A DNA stretch of 64,000 nt from Catajapyx aquilonaris (lineage: Eukaryota). Position 1 is the stretch's first letter; each line of letters starts with the position of its first letter. The DNA lies in the NCBI GenBank assembly GCA_000934665.2, contig KZ538597.1:1-64000 (forward strand). Reading direction: 5' to 3'. Position numbers and translations under genes: made by a program. Under the pieces are notes generated by a model, which was given only the letters and a program-made list of their open reading frames with translations, did no database searches and was not told the DNA's origin. This document shows positions 36,711-51,200 of the stretch, piece by piece.

Positions 36711-37117
36711 TCTCTTCCCGGTTCGATCCCAGCAGTTGAAATGACCCCAAATCGACGCAAACTGATCGAAATCGATCGAAATCCGATCGGAAACGATCAG
36801 CATGTGGACGAAGCGGCCATCTTTGATCTAGTATTAGACGAAAACAAGTGACTGTGAATCCCGTTGGCTACACTGACCAACAGTTGGCGCCACCTATTAC
36901 GCGCGGGATTCAAAAAATGGCATGATTGCTAATAATTATTAATATTACAAGTACTTAATGGTGAATTACATCGGATTTACTGTGCTTGGTTCATGACCTC
37001 AGTAATTTCTACAAATGTTCAGTGAATATCTGCTGTACGTTGTCATTTCTTGAAGTTATTGTTTGATGCGACATATTATTATCCGTGTGATGATTGTCAA
37101 TTACTATAAAATTATCA

Positions 37118-37560
37118 TTATCAAGTACTCTGTATTGTGTATTCATTTGAGGGACAAATAATTGACAATAATCCAACAATGTTCACTTGAACGCTGAAGC
37201 TTTGGGCCTCTTTGAGAATTAATTATAATCTAATCGTGGATAAATGTGTATTAAGATGTAACAGTTAAATTTAACAAAACACTGAATAATTTCATAGTGA
37301 TGATAATTATCATTTACTATGTAATTATTAAGTGCTTTGTATGTCTATTATCGTGAGCACTCATTTGACTGACAAACGGACAATAATGCGATGACATTCA
37401 CTTGATCGCTGAATAGTCAGCTTTGAGCGTTAATTTCTTGATACTGTTAAATTTCAATAAACCACATTTATCCATGTGCCAATTAAGAATCATTATTAAG
37501 TGCTCTATCATGATGCATTCATTTGACGGACATATCGACAATGACGTTCACAATCGCTGA
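37118..37560. repeat. Diverged triplicated unit (~170-200 bp spacing)
   Basis: ATTAT(C/T)AAGT(A/G)CT...TCATTTGA...GACA...CAAT...TTCAC..(A/T)CGCTGA recurs three times. Confidence 0.5.
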
Positions 37561-39142
37561 CCAATTATGTTACTGGAGAGAGCTCGTAATTCTTCAGGCG
37601 CAAGTTGTTCGAACAAAATGAAACACACTTGTTTTCTCCTATTTTTTTTTATTATTTCACATCATTAAAAAAAATGTTGTTTTTTTTCTATTTAAACTCT
37701 ATAATAGAGCGTAACGTACATAGCAATAGAGCAACGATCTACATCATCATCAATTATACTTCTCATAAAACGTTAAATTATGTACAATGGAATCTTTCAC
37801 TTATCGAATTTGTCCAAAACTCGGGATATTTTATTTTTTTTACTCGTTCGGTTAAACTCTGGAGTTGTACCATATTTTTTCACCTTTTAAAAAAATCGCT
37901 TTTTTCTATTTTCTCCTCTCTTGTATTTGCTTTCCCAGGTATTGTGTAAGAAAATATGTCCAATTGGTTAGGGTTTTTGGAAAAATCAGTTTTTTCTTCA
38001 TGTGTTTGTGTGGAGGGGGGGAGGGGGGGAGGGGGTTTCTTCAAAAAATCAGCGCCACAACCCAGCTACAAGTACAAATGCCACTAAAAAAAATTCGAAG
38101 CGAAAAAGTAGAGGGGATGAGGGGGAAGGGGGGGAATATCATCTTCATACTTTGAGGTTATTATTTTTTTCTGTGTCAAAAAAATAACGGGTGTACAAAC
38201 ATTTTTTCCGTCTTCGCATTTTTAAGGCCCCATGATCACAGCGATTTATCAGGAAAAAAAATAAGGAATTTTTCTTGTGTTTTACGAAAGAAAAGGAACG
38301 TCTAAAAAAAAGTGGCGCTCGTAAGTCACTTTCAGAAAAAAACGCTTCTCTGACCCTGGACGAATTTTTGTTTTGCTTTGTTCTCTCTTATAGTTTTTGA
38401 AAACATTCATGTTTTACTCTTCTTTTTCAAGACATGAAATATATGACCTACTAAGTAAATTCCCAAGGCATAAAGTCAGTTTATCTTGCACCGGAAGCAC
38501 CCTAATTAAAATTTGTGCGATGCTCGATGCTGCTACTTTCCAACTTTCTTTTACAAAGCCGAATTTGTGCCTTAGAAAATCACACACAAAGTTTTTTTTG
38601 TTTAAAAAGAGGAGGGGCACACATTTGTACTGAAAAACGGAAAAAAAAAAATACGAGGGGGACCAGAAGGAAACACCGACACCCATTTTGTCAACTGATG
38701 CGTAGTTAAAAAATAAATAAATTACGGCCGACCGGTGATTAAAAAGTGAAGAATATGGACAGAGGGGGGGTAGTAGTATAGAGTGGGGTGGGGGGGATTC
38801 AAAAATATATAAAATACGTTGCGCAGAGATCAAAGTTCCCAACCTAACCAGTCACTGCATCCGAAGAAAAAAAAAATTAAACCTTTATGTATACTTATGT
38901 ATATATGTCACATGTAAAAAAAAAAGGATTGCACACGGTGACTCGCCATAAAATTTTTTTCACACCATCACCAAAAAGAGTTAAAAGTCAGGGAGGGGGG
39001 TAGGTAATATTCCGCTCTTTGAGGGGAAAATATTGAGACACGTCTGCCAAAAATTGGGGGAGGGGGGGAATTAATAATTGTTCAGTAATTGTCCGGTTTT
39101 TGGACCACTGGTTAAGGAGCAATTGCTGCGACGGCGGGGAGG

Positions 39143-39251
39143 TCACGCTCCACTGCAGTCGATCTCAACAATGTCCTTTGGGACGTCCACAAATTGGTAG
39201 ACCAGGCGCTGGCCGTCCACCTTGGCCAGGATGCCTCGTTGGTAGTAGTAC
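39143..39251 (-). CDS. Eip74EF: E74 last coding exon (end of ETS domain)
   Basis: CTGCAG acceptor; [38 protein letters not shown] stop. Confidence 0.95.
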
Positions 39252-42200
39252 CTGCAGGAGAGGAATAATATTAGGTCGGATCCTAAGAATTGCGTCGATC
39301 GGTGTCAACGCGTGATATTGCGGGTACCAACCTGAGCGCACGTCCCATGGTCTCGTAGTTCATGTCTGGCTTGTTTTTGTGCAGGCCCCACAACCTGGAC
39401 ACAGCCTTGGAGTCGACAAGCTTGAAGACGCCCTTCTCCCGGTTCGTCCACTTGATGTACCTCGGGCAGTACTCCTTGTCCTGCAGGAGCTTCAGCAGGA
39501 ACTCCCAGAGATAGGTGGTCGATCCTTCTCTGCTCTTCCGCTTAACCGGGGCACCACCTTCGACCTGCCCGCCTGCCCCAAGCTGACCCTTGGAGCGGCG
39601 GACCTTCTTCTTGAGCCTCGGGGGCATCAACCCCAGGTCGGAGAGGTAGAAGTCGTCACCACCAGACGACGAGGATGGGCTTGAGGTGTTAGGAGGTCCC
39701 TGGATCACTGGTGTCGGGATGGCTGGAGCTCCCGGAGACTGCGCGTAATGGTGGTGCTGCTGGGCCTGGAGGTGCTGCGGGTGTTGCAGGTGCTGGAGGT
39801 GATGCGGGTGGTGCGAGTGGGGGGATAGGTGGTGTAAGGAGGACGGGGTTGGGGACGATGCGGACGGAGGGCTCACCGACGACGAAGAGGACGTCGACGA
39901 CGTTGGTGACGACGTAGGTGCCACAGAGAGGTGGTGGTCCGGGTAGGCCAATGACGGGAACGCCGGGTAGCCATGAGGATCTATACCTGAAAATAACAAG
40001 ATTGCGTCAGATTAAAATGGCACGTACATTCATTGAGAATATATTCACAAGCACACACAGTCATCCCTGGTTATAATTTGTAATACATAGTTGATAGGTT
40101 ATAATAGATATGTATTTTCCCGTTTGTTTGTCTGAATAGAGCATGGCGTCACACTTGAACGTTGCGTCACATGACCAGGAAGGCGCATGCGGAAATTATG
40201 CTGTAGCATACACACACATACTCCAAGAACCGAGTGAATCATAATTATCCCGAGCGGAAATGTAAAATTCCCTACACAGTGTACAGGAATCTCGGCGCCT
40301 CCGCAAAATTTATGTGCGCAAAAGATTTTTTTAAATGACATTCCCAGCCGTTAGTAGCCGTTGCTAACTTTAGAGACGCATCCCGCCCGATTTTTTTTTT
40401 TTTTTTTTAGGTCCATAGAAAAAAAAAAACGAGTCAGTGTCGCCCACATTTGCGAAGGTTGGTTGGCCCACAGCATGCCCATTGCACTCTTGTTTATTGC
40501 CCTCTTCCTTTCTTCTTCATCCCACCACCCACTTCGGAGTAGAAGAAAAACACAATAAAAAACAACCAGGAGGTTGGTACTAAGGTATAATGTGGCAACG
40601 CATAGACCTTGAACCCTTGAATGGGCCAGCGAGCACGGTAGGGGAGACGGAGGAGGAGATGATGATGAGTCCTCTTCTGTACATGCTTCTTCAGACACCC
40701 CTGTCTGTCCACACCAAAAAGGGAAGGAAACATGCCCACTGGTCCAACCCAAATCGCCACATAAATCAGCCCAATTAAAAAGAACAAACAAAACATGTAA
40801 GCAAACTAGCTGCGACTTGACACTGTTTAATCCTAGGGCTGAAAATCACCGACAACTCCGCCTAAAATTTGGCATCACTGCCCGGACCGCTTGGAAGATA
40901 GTACGACATGCGACAACCAGATGGCGCGCATCTCTCTATACATGCACCTAGGTCGCGTAGGGATTTCAACTGTTCCTGCATCTCATAACTCGACCGATCA
41001 CTGCTCCCGATCCACTTTTATTTCATCAACTATACATGCGCCTAGGTGATGAGTCAACTCGTGTAGGGACAGAGTCACGTCTAGCCGATTCTACATAACA
41101 TGCACCTAGGTGACGAGTCAACGTGTGTAGCCGGACAGAGTCGCGTCTAGCCAATTCTACGATTTCCATTTATTTTATGCATCTCATAACTTTTGATCCT
41201 TCAATCAACTGCCCTCGATCCACTTTTAATTCATCAAACTGTGGGGAGGTCAATGTCAGGGCTGCAAAAATAAAAATCAGGATGTGTGTTTGAAACTGCG
41301 CGTAGGTTTTGCGATAGTCGCGAGAAGAAAAATTCGCGAATAGAGAAGAAGAAAAAAAAGAGTGAAGCGAATCGTCCCGACCAAGGTCGGTCAGCCCTTC
41401 AAGAGTTTCCTGGTCGTTTCCCTCTGCTGCTTACGTCATCACTGCCAGTAGGCGGTGGGGGGGTTGGCAGGGAGACTATGAGGGGGGGGGGTAGGGGGGG
41501 ACTATTAATACCCCCCCTCTCCACATATCCCTCCCTAGCTTCTCTCTCTACAAAAACCCCCCCTTTTCTAAGAGAGAGAGACCGGAATCCCAACCTCGCC
41601 CTTGACCACGTGATTCGTCCGTGAAGCAAGTGCAAGGCGACGCCATATTTTACTCACCGCCCCCCCAAAAAATCGCGCAAAATTATTTTATTCTTTGCAA
41701 ATGGCTTGGAAATAAAGCCGGTTGGTCCAGCTGACAAAAACCGACCGTTAACCGGTCAGTTAGTCACGAGACGAAAATCCTTCGCTATGTATAAACATAT
41801 GTATTGATGCAATCCCCCCCGTCGCAATTTCACTTTCAACAGTCTATTTCCAGGCATGTAACGGCGAAATAGTTCGCAATACGACGGACTAAAAGAAGAC
41901 ACGAATAAATGCGCTGAATACTACTTGGTACGGACACTACAACCATATTAAATCCATGTATAAAACCAGCCGTTTATTGACTCGCTTTGACTCTTTGAAT
42001 CAAGCCGTTTTTTTTAAAGCACCACACTAATTAATCTGAATCTCTACTAGTATAAAAGGAGAAGGTTGTCTGTTCGTCCAGGTTTGGTCACTTGTTTGTC
42101 CAGGTTTGGCTACTTGTTTGTCCAGCCAAATTAGCTGTGGATGCAAATACCGGAAATCATGACGCCATCAAGAGTCTCTCATAGTATAAAAGTATGTTTG

Positions 42201-45200
42201 GTTGTTTTTTTATGTCAATGTTTGGTTGCTCGTTTGTCCAGCTCGGTTCACCAATTAACAAATTGGCTTTCGACGCGAAATACCGGAAACTATGACGCCA
42301 TCAAAAGTCTGAATCTCTAATAGTATAAAAGTATGTTCGTCAAGATTTGGTTGGTTTTTTTAATGTCAATGTTTGGTTGGTCGTTTGTCCAGATTTGGAT
42401 ACTGTTTGTCCAGCTCGGTTCACCAATTAACAAATTGGCTTTCGAGGCGAAATACCGGAAATTATGACGTCATCAAAAGCCCGGAGGCTCAACTCCATTT
42501 TTTTTAAAATTATTTCGAGGGCTTTGTCGCCTTTTTTCGCTTCCTTTGTCTAGTGTCTACATTTTTTTGTGTCTGTTGCGAGAAGCGTCCTTTCACTGAT
42601 TGGCCTACCTTTTCCTCTCTCCCCCCAAAAAACTAGGCCCCGCCCCACAGTAGCCTTGGACTGGTCACTCACATGTGAAGAAGAAGAAAGAAAGAAAAAA
42701 TTTCACGGGTATGGTGACCCGAAGTGGGGTGAACGAAAGGTATGCGTCCATTGTTAGTAGGCCGATAGACTGTCTCTATAGTCCGACAGCAAAAATTCCG
42801 CTTATTTCCTCCCTATACTCTGCGAAACACTCTATATGCATACATATATATATATATATATAAAAAGCGGAGACAAATCAGCCAACCAGGAAGACTCGAT
42901 TTTTGCTTCCAACCCTAGCCAACCAAGGCCAAGGTTGCCAAGTTCATCCCTCCTTTATCGTCATGACTACCACTGGCTCTTTTTTTGTGTGTCGATTCTC
43001 TCTAGCTGCCTTATTTCCAAGCCCCGCAGCGCCAGTTCACCGACACGCTGACTTTGCCGCGCGCGAAGGTCACGTTTACCTCCCCCCAACACCACCACCC
43101 CATCCGAAACACCCCTCCTCTTACATACAGTACGCTAATCCCCCTCCTCCTACAGTACACCCCTTCAATGCTATCCGGCTTCTGCGAATTACATTTTCTG
43201 CAATAGCTAGATCGCGCACCGAGAAAATGTGACCAAAAATGGTCGGAGGACGCCCAAATTTTTTTTTCCGACTGCATGAATTTTATGGGACTTAGTTGCT
43301 TTTGAAAAAAAATAATCGCAAAATAGCACTGTAACGTGCAAAAAAAATTGTCGCAGAATTTTACAGGTTACACAATCCGTGGCGTCTAAGTCTGAACTTG
43401 AGGTAACTCACCGGGTTTTATCAGCAAAAATGTGTATCAAATAATTTGAAGTAAACAAGTCGATAAGCAATTAACAACACTTGGAAAGCTTTAAAAAAAT
43501 AATAATCCGGAAAACCTCGACTGGTGTGTATTTATTATAAATTCGTTTTTAGGGCCGGTTTCACATATAACAAAACCGGGCTATGGATTTTCCGGTGGGG
43601 AGAAACTGGTTTTATCATATATACCGAGCTCGGTGAAACCGGCCCTTAAAGGTGCCAGCATTGGTTCAGATGTTATTAACTAATTTATTTCTGGATTGAC
43701 TATATTTAGACATGGCTTCAAAGGGGCAAAATTTTGAGAATGAGAATAATAATTTAAAAATTCGGAAAATTTCGCGATTCAAATCCAATAAATTTTGATT
43801 CCAACTAAAATATTGTGTAGGAAATTTCGCAGAAAATTCGACGGAAATCCTGAACTTTTCACACAACCGCACCGAAATAGTACGCACGTGCCAGCAAAAA
43901 TCTTTTGTGGCTATTCAACATTGCGAATTTCTTTGCCTCGATCCCCACCAAAAAATCCGCACAGTTTGGCACATCTCCCAGCCACACCATTTTTTCCTCT
44001 CGCGGTGAGCCAACGTATTTTTCCATCACGCAACAAGATTCGCGAAACACCCTCTCCAGTCTTCTTCCCCTCCTTTTTTTTTCGTTTAAAATATTATTCC
44101 GGCTTTTATACACACGAAGCAGCATCTGGCAACGCGGCCATTGTTTGGCGAAACTATTTCCCGTCCCAACCAACCGCCAACCTTGAAACGGGCGTTTGAC
44201 CCTTCCTATACATCCCCCTCCTCCTCCTCCCCCCATCTCCCCACAAACCACCCCACTCACACCTGTGGCCTTGAAAAATAAAGCACACCTGTTCTCTCAA
44301 CTGGTCCTTCTCTTCTTCAGGTAGCATCCACTTTCACTTTTATCGGCTCTAACAAAAACAAGACCGGAATTAGGCTCCAACTACACCCATCCACTCCTCC
44401 TTATACACACCTTTCCACTAATTACTTTAATCACAAAATTAGTATCAGGATCCGGAACTTGGAAGGTGCGACAAAAAAAGAAGAAAATTGGCCGGATTAG
44501 CCGGAATTTTCCATGGATTTCCTGGATTCCAGGGATTTCCCCCCTCAAGTCTGGAAGATGCCCGACTTAGGTCTGGTTCGCAGAAAAACTTCTAGGCAAT
44601 TTTCTGACTTATGCAAGTTGCGTTTTTTTTTGCCACCTTCTTAGGGCCTCTCGCACAATTTCCTGGATTACATTTCTCGCACGATTTTTCTTCTTATTTC
44701 ACTAAAATGGTTTTAAAAAATTGCGCATTTCCTCCCATTGCAATATTTTCCTCACTGTGCGAAAATCTGCAGTAAATTCAGCCAAAAATTCTGTCCAAAA
44801 GTCCTGCCACACGTACACAATTATCTGGGTTACATTTCTGGCGTGATTTTTTTTTGTTGTTGCTAAAATCGCTACAAATTGCGCATTTCTCCCACTGCTC
44901 ACTTTGTGCAAAAAAAAACGAGCGAATTTAACGACTCATTTCAGTGGCCACTGAAGTCGCACAAAAAAGTCAGCCGCAGTTTACGTATAGGAAATTTCCG
45001 GCACAAAAATTCCGGACTAAAAATGGCTGCCACCTGTCCGATTGCCCAAACTTAATCTCAACGCGACTGGAAATATGACCTAATTACGCTAAATTTGGCT
45101 TACATGTTTTATGGACAAGTTAACGTATCTTTTATTGATGATTTTTTTCCCTGATTTTTTTGGGGTCCTTTGGGCTCGGGTCAAGGTCGGGTCCTAGGTC

Positions 45201-48200
45201 ACCTCCCAAAAACCGGAAGTCCCGAGAGCATTCCCGCCCCGGGATTAAAAATAGAGCCAACAGGTCTGAGGATGGCTCGCCCCGGATTTATTTTTAAAAG
45301 CGCGGTCGAGGGGGGAGAACCAATAACAAGTGGAATGGTTGAGGGTTGGGTTAGGGCCTTTTGGGAGTGGGTGGCTTCTGGGTTCAAATTTTTTTTTTCG
45401 GGGTTGATGGGACCGGATTTTGTGGGGGGGGGGGGGGGNGGGGGGGTTCAAGGACAGAATAAGCCCTCCACCACCCCAGACGAAAATTCCCGGTTCGTCC
45501 CTTCTAAGATTTGTTATTGTTCCGCTTTTAGGGGAGAAAAGGGTAGCGGTGCACCTGTTGTCTCATTCTCCGGAACACATTCCGGGTGTACTGTTTCCCA
45601 CGGTGTTTAGAGAAAAAAAATACATGTATGTACACAAAGTACACGTGGGACACAAAGCGATATGTCGACCTTGGACAAGACCTTTAAAACTCGTTACATC
45701 GATAGTTTCCTCACTGAGATAGTGCTCGGATAGAGAGAGAAAAAAAAGGAGATATAGTTCATTTACCTTACTAGTTACGCGATGCTGCGGAACAAAAAAG
45801 TACGACGCAAGCGGTGGTTACGTAACCGAGAGGTTCAGAAGGTAAGGGTGCACTGAAGGTTAGCAGTTGATCCACCTTTTGGTAAAACCGATCCTTTTTT
45901 ATATAACCAGGTGACTAGTCGAAAAACGGATGGTTTTTTTTAAAAACCAATAAGGATGACGTGCGATGCTTGTTCAATGACGTCAGTACTGTTAAGGTTC
46001 ACTCACCTTGATGCCGGTGCAGGAAGGGTTGCGCGCTGTTCCTAGGAGGCGCTGCGATCGGCTGGCAATATGGCGGCAAGAATGGAGGCAGCTGGGATGG
46101 ACTAGGGCTGTCTGGAGTATGTGCCGGCGGAACTGGAGAAACGGCAAAGCAACAATTAGTCTCACTGAAGCACTAGGCTCGATTTCTCCAACCTTTTTTT
46201 CTTTAAACGACCGTTAACAGATAACGGCTACTAACGGTCCGTTATGCAGGTTGAAAACACCGAGTCTAATTGTAAGAGCAGTACGTCACTAACATCAGTA
46301 GTTACTAATAGCAAACACCTATAGATTGGTCACTATAAGAACTGCAACCTGCGACGTTGCCAGAGTCACTGATACTAAAGACATTTGAGCTAAGTATATG
46401 GTGAACGTGGCAACGTTGTGGAGCTAACTGGTGTCCGCACTCGGTTGCGTTCTTATAGTGGCCGATCTATTGTAGTACTTTTCTCCCCCTCTCTCAGTTG
46501 CTGTTTGTATCTACTACTTAGTAGACACTAATAGCAGCCATCTAGTAGTACTCCTAGTTGCTCTTAGCATCGACTACTTAGTAGACACTAATAGCAGCCA
46601 TCTAGTAGTACTACTAGTTACTCTTAGCATCTACTACTAGTAGACGCTAATAGCAGCAACCTAGTAGTACTAGTTGCTATTAGCATCTACTACTTAGTAG
46701 ACACTAATAGCAGCTATCTAGTAGTACTACTAGTTACTCTTAGCATCTACTACTTAGACGCTAATAGCAGCAACCTAGTAGTACTAGTTGCTATTAGTAT
46801 CTACAACTTAGTAGACACTAATAGCAGCAACCTAGTAGTACTAGTTGCTATTAGCATCTACTACTTAGTAGACACTAATAGCAGCTATCTAGTAGTACTA
46901 CTAGTTACTCTTAGCATCTACTACTTAGACGCTAATAGCAGCAACCTAGTAGTACTAGTTGCTATTAGTATCTACAACTTAGTAGACACTAATAGCAGCA
47001 GCTAACTAGTAGCAGTCGTCCTTAGTAGCCCTGTTCGATTGTTAACTAACCTGGTGTGGGTTGTAGCCTGGGTTTGGTCTCGTCGTTAGAAGCGTGTCCC
47101 GAACTGCTGCTGTCAACGTCCGAGACTCCGCTGTCTGCAGGGCTCGGAGGTAACGAACCTGGAAGATTTAACGGGGCGTTAAAAATGGCTACCGGGGTCG
47201 GGTGGGTGTTGTCGCTTGAGGGCAACAGGGCATGTACCTGTAGACGAGGTTGAGGTCGTGAATGCTGAGGTCCGGTGTCCCAGGAGGGTGGATGGAGGGG
47301 GGGCGTGAAGGGACACCGGGGGCGGGGGAGGGGCGGGCTGGCTCAGGATCCCGTGAAGGAGGGTGGCCCTCGGGTTGGGCCCGGGGCTCTGCTGCCCGTG
47401 GGCATCTTCCAGGTCCAGCAACGTGCTTAGGCCCCGTCCTCCAGTAGTATCCACTACGGAAATTTATGGAGAGAAAAAGGGAAGCACATGAGTTACGCAA
47501 CATGGCGGCGACGACCCCATCAAAATGGCCGCCCAGTTTCCCAACATGTCCGCCACCAAACAAGGCCAGTTATTGCGAAAGCATGCAAACCCCAGCTATA
47601 ATTAGTAGCCGACCCTTACACAACTTTGGCGACTTCCACGTGCGCAGACATTTGGAGGTTAAGATACCGACGGACTTAAAAATGGAAAGACCGTTTACTC
47701 GGAAATCGTGGGGGGGGGGGAGGAGGTCAAAATATTGGGGGAGGCCTCGGGCACAGGTTGCTCCACGTTTCAGTGGGTTTCGAGGAGGGAAGGTGGATGT
47801 GCCGCCAAGGGCAGAAGAGGAAGGAACGAAAGAGAAGCTATATACATGAGAGGAGACAAAGGAGAAGGGACGGTGGGTGGAGGAGCTGGAAAATAAAAAA
47901 AAGAAGAAGGAAAGAAGGGGAGGGGAAAGACCGGATTCCCAAACCGCTTCTCAGGTAGGCAACCTTTACCTGGACGCGCTCCAGCCAACCTTTTTCCTCC
48001 AGAAAAAGGGGTCTCGAAATGGACGAGTTTTCTGGAGGTCTGGAGGTTACTCGGGAGGGACTGGACCGGTACATTGCTATTGTTACTCGAAATTTTCTAT
48101 AGTACTGTAGTAAAAGACGGGAAACTAAAGTTCCACTGCATTCCAAGGAATTTCCGGAGTTATTCCCCCTGAAGGCGGGACAATCACTCGTTAGAAATGT

Positions 48201-51200
48201 GTCGGGAATAACCACTTCCTTTCTGCGGGTATGTGCACCAAACACACTTGTGTATGCTCTTTAATTGCGACATATCACTCAGATATTCTACATTTGACTG
48301 CAAATATTTCGTTCGTCCTTCACATAATTTATCTGAATTTTTTTCCGCTCTCTGGATAATCTTTGCATTATTCTCTCCACAATTCCCTTTCTTCCATTCC
48401 AAATTCGGGGGGGGGGGGGGGAGTAAGGCCCCCCCAAAANGCCCCCCCAAAATTCGCTTCCTCTTTTTTTTCTTTTTTTTACATAATGTGTATTACGTGT
48501 GCTCCACACCTGGTGATTGCCAGGATGCCTTTTTGCTCTCGTTGCTCGTTTTGCGTAACCTGTGCGTCTCTTCTTTGGAGGAACCAAACCCTTCTATATC
48601 TCGATGCTATTATCTCTCCCTTGCCACAAACTTACGTGTGTGTCGAAACATATCGCACACCTAGGAAACCGGAGGGAGGGACCTTCTTTAATTTATTGCC
48701 CGCGCTAGATTGCTTTTTTTTATGACGTCACTGCGCAAGTTTGCTTCGATCCAGGAACAACAACAACAACGGAACATGCCGCTGCCGGGATGAATGAAAG
48801 TGACCGAAAATGCACGCCAACGCCCCAATGGTATCCATGGAGACCTATCTGGGGCGTCGGCAGCGTCGGTAGCGTCGACGTCGTTCCCCCATTTGGGTTA
48901 GTAGGACATCGGAATGGGGGTAGAGGGTTGGTGGAAGGGAGAGGGGGGGAGGGGAGATAAAAGGGGCACACATAACACAATCTACTACAAGTTACGCCAT
49001 CGTCATATGGCCGGGAAAAGTTTGCCAAGGCCGTCTGCCTCTGACTATTGCCCAAATGCAAGGGAGAGTGGTTTTTAAGTCGAGAGAGGGGCAAGAGTAA
49101 GGGGAAGGGGAGGGGGGTGTCACATGATGTTCGACATACGCAACTTTTGCTCGATTGACACAACGCTCCCATTTTTGGCAACAATATTTGCACAGACGTG
49201 GGATGGAAATTGCCGAAAAAATGTTTTGAGAGATTATCGGAGAAGCAGCATGGTTGCGCCACTTTCGAGAGCTTGCGATTATTATTTATCCTCGTTATCA
49301 GCTGATTTGGAAACAATAATAAACAAGTGGTCAATACGTGATCTAACGATCATTCCTTCTAGAACATGGCCCGATATTTCAATTTTTATGCGAACCTACT
49401 TCTGAAGTAACTCTCAAAAGTAACAACCTGAGCAACACTAACTCAAATGGTTATGTAATATTAATTTCATTTTAAAAAAATATTGCCAATATTGTTTGGT
49501 AGGCCATGGATCTGGATTTAAAACACAATTGCACATATGTATGAAATTTTTGGCACATCTCTGTAGCGAAGGATCCTTTTCTGGCAAGACAGCTTTAGAT
49601 GCTCGTATTTGTGTACAGCGAACAAAAGATGCCTTCATATCATGAAGCTACAAAAATTTGCTAAAAACGCGTCAGTATAATCTGTATTGAATCAGTATAT
49701 TTTCTGTCGCTCGCGAAAAAAGTGCCTGAATTTGTTTTGCAGCTACAACTGCTAAAAACTTGTAAACATGAACTGTTGTCAACTCATCTATGTTATGCAA
49801 CTGTCATGCTGTAATTAAATCCGCATAAGTTACAGTCGGTGTAACTATGCCATTTCCTATACTGTGTAGCATATAGTGAAGGGCGGAATGTGGGAAGGGG
49901 ACGAGTGGGTGGCTAATAAAAAAAAATGGGTGCCCCAAATTTCGAAATATACATTTCCTATACGCAAGTTTCCGGCAAAATGCAAGCCAACTTCCTTCCC
50001 TTCCCTTCCCCCCTATCCTCCTTTTATTATTATTATTATTCCTCCCCCCCCCCCCCAACCAAAAAATCGAGGCCAAGGTCCCACCAGTTGACGTAACCTG
50101 GAAACAAAGGAACGTCGGAACTCTTGTTATCAACCCTCGCAAAAAAAAAGGGGTGCAAATAAATTTCCCACAAATCCCCGCACCTTCACTTTCACTAGAG
50201 CTGGAGGGGGGGAGGTGGTAGAAATATATCGCATAATCCCTGCAAAAAAAAAGGGTGGCCCACTAACCCCATTTCCGCTCTATGTTGCGAAAAATAAATT
50301 TGGGCGGGAAAAATCGGGCGGGTGAAAATTTTCAAACCCATAGCCAATACCCCTGAACTGGGGGTTTATTTTTAAAACCCCGATCAATTGGGATTTCCCC
50401 CCGCTCCTAAGTCTGAACCTAACCACCCCCCCTTCTTCATAATATTACCTTAAGTGTGTCAGTGGGACAGCGAAAGTGGTCGTATCTCAATTTGGCAACG
50501 TGCCAAATCCTTCCCCAATCATTTCGGACATGTCCCTCTTTTTTTTTTTGAACAGGACTAGTTTTCCCAAGGTTGAAACTATTTTTGGATGTTGTACAAG
50601 GAAATGCGGCTAAAAAGGTAGGGGGCGTCGCGATGGAGGTGGGGGAGTTTTCGAATCGATACCTGATGACGTCGGTAGCGTCGGTAGGGGGGGGGGGGGA
50701 AGGTGCACGTTTCTCCCTCCCAGTGACGTCACCCGCGACATTTGCAGCTCATGGGGAGGAAAAAACCTGAGTTCGAATCGGCCGACCTTGACCCCTCGTC
50801 CGGGTCACCTGAACAGTACCCCCCCTCTCTTCACCTCTTAAAAAAGGTTATTCCAGGCCGGCCACCTCGCTTCGACCTTTTTGACCCCAGCGGGTCAATC
50901 CACCCTGCGTCTCCTTGGTTTCGCAGCCGTTGACACAAGTCGCCTAGGCAACCGGAAACAACCAAACCAACCCCACTTTGGATATATATATATGTAAGGA
51001 GGTTCAGGTGTACTCGAAGGAAAACAATCCAACTGTCTTATTATCCACTACAAGTAAGTACTCAATTGAAAGCCACTGAGTAATTGCGACTGTACAACTG
51101 GCTTGCCCACTTCACACAGATTCCGCAATTGCTGAGCAGTACTTAACTACCGAAGTTTCAACAATGAATATCATTGGAAATTTTCGCCAAATTTGTCATT

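Noticed and set aside
37600..39142. miR-34 or let-7 seed sites in the presumed E74 3' UTR
   Set aside because: No CACTGCC or CTACCTC seed match noticed by eye, and the UTR end is not defined.
48720..49334. 204-aa ORF in an E74 intron
   Set aside because: No recognisable domain, low complexity, no compatible splice sites identified.
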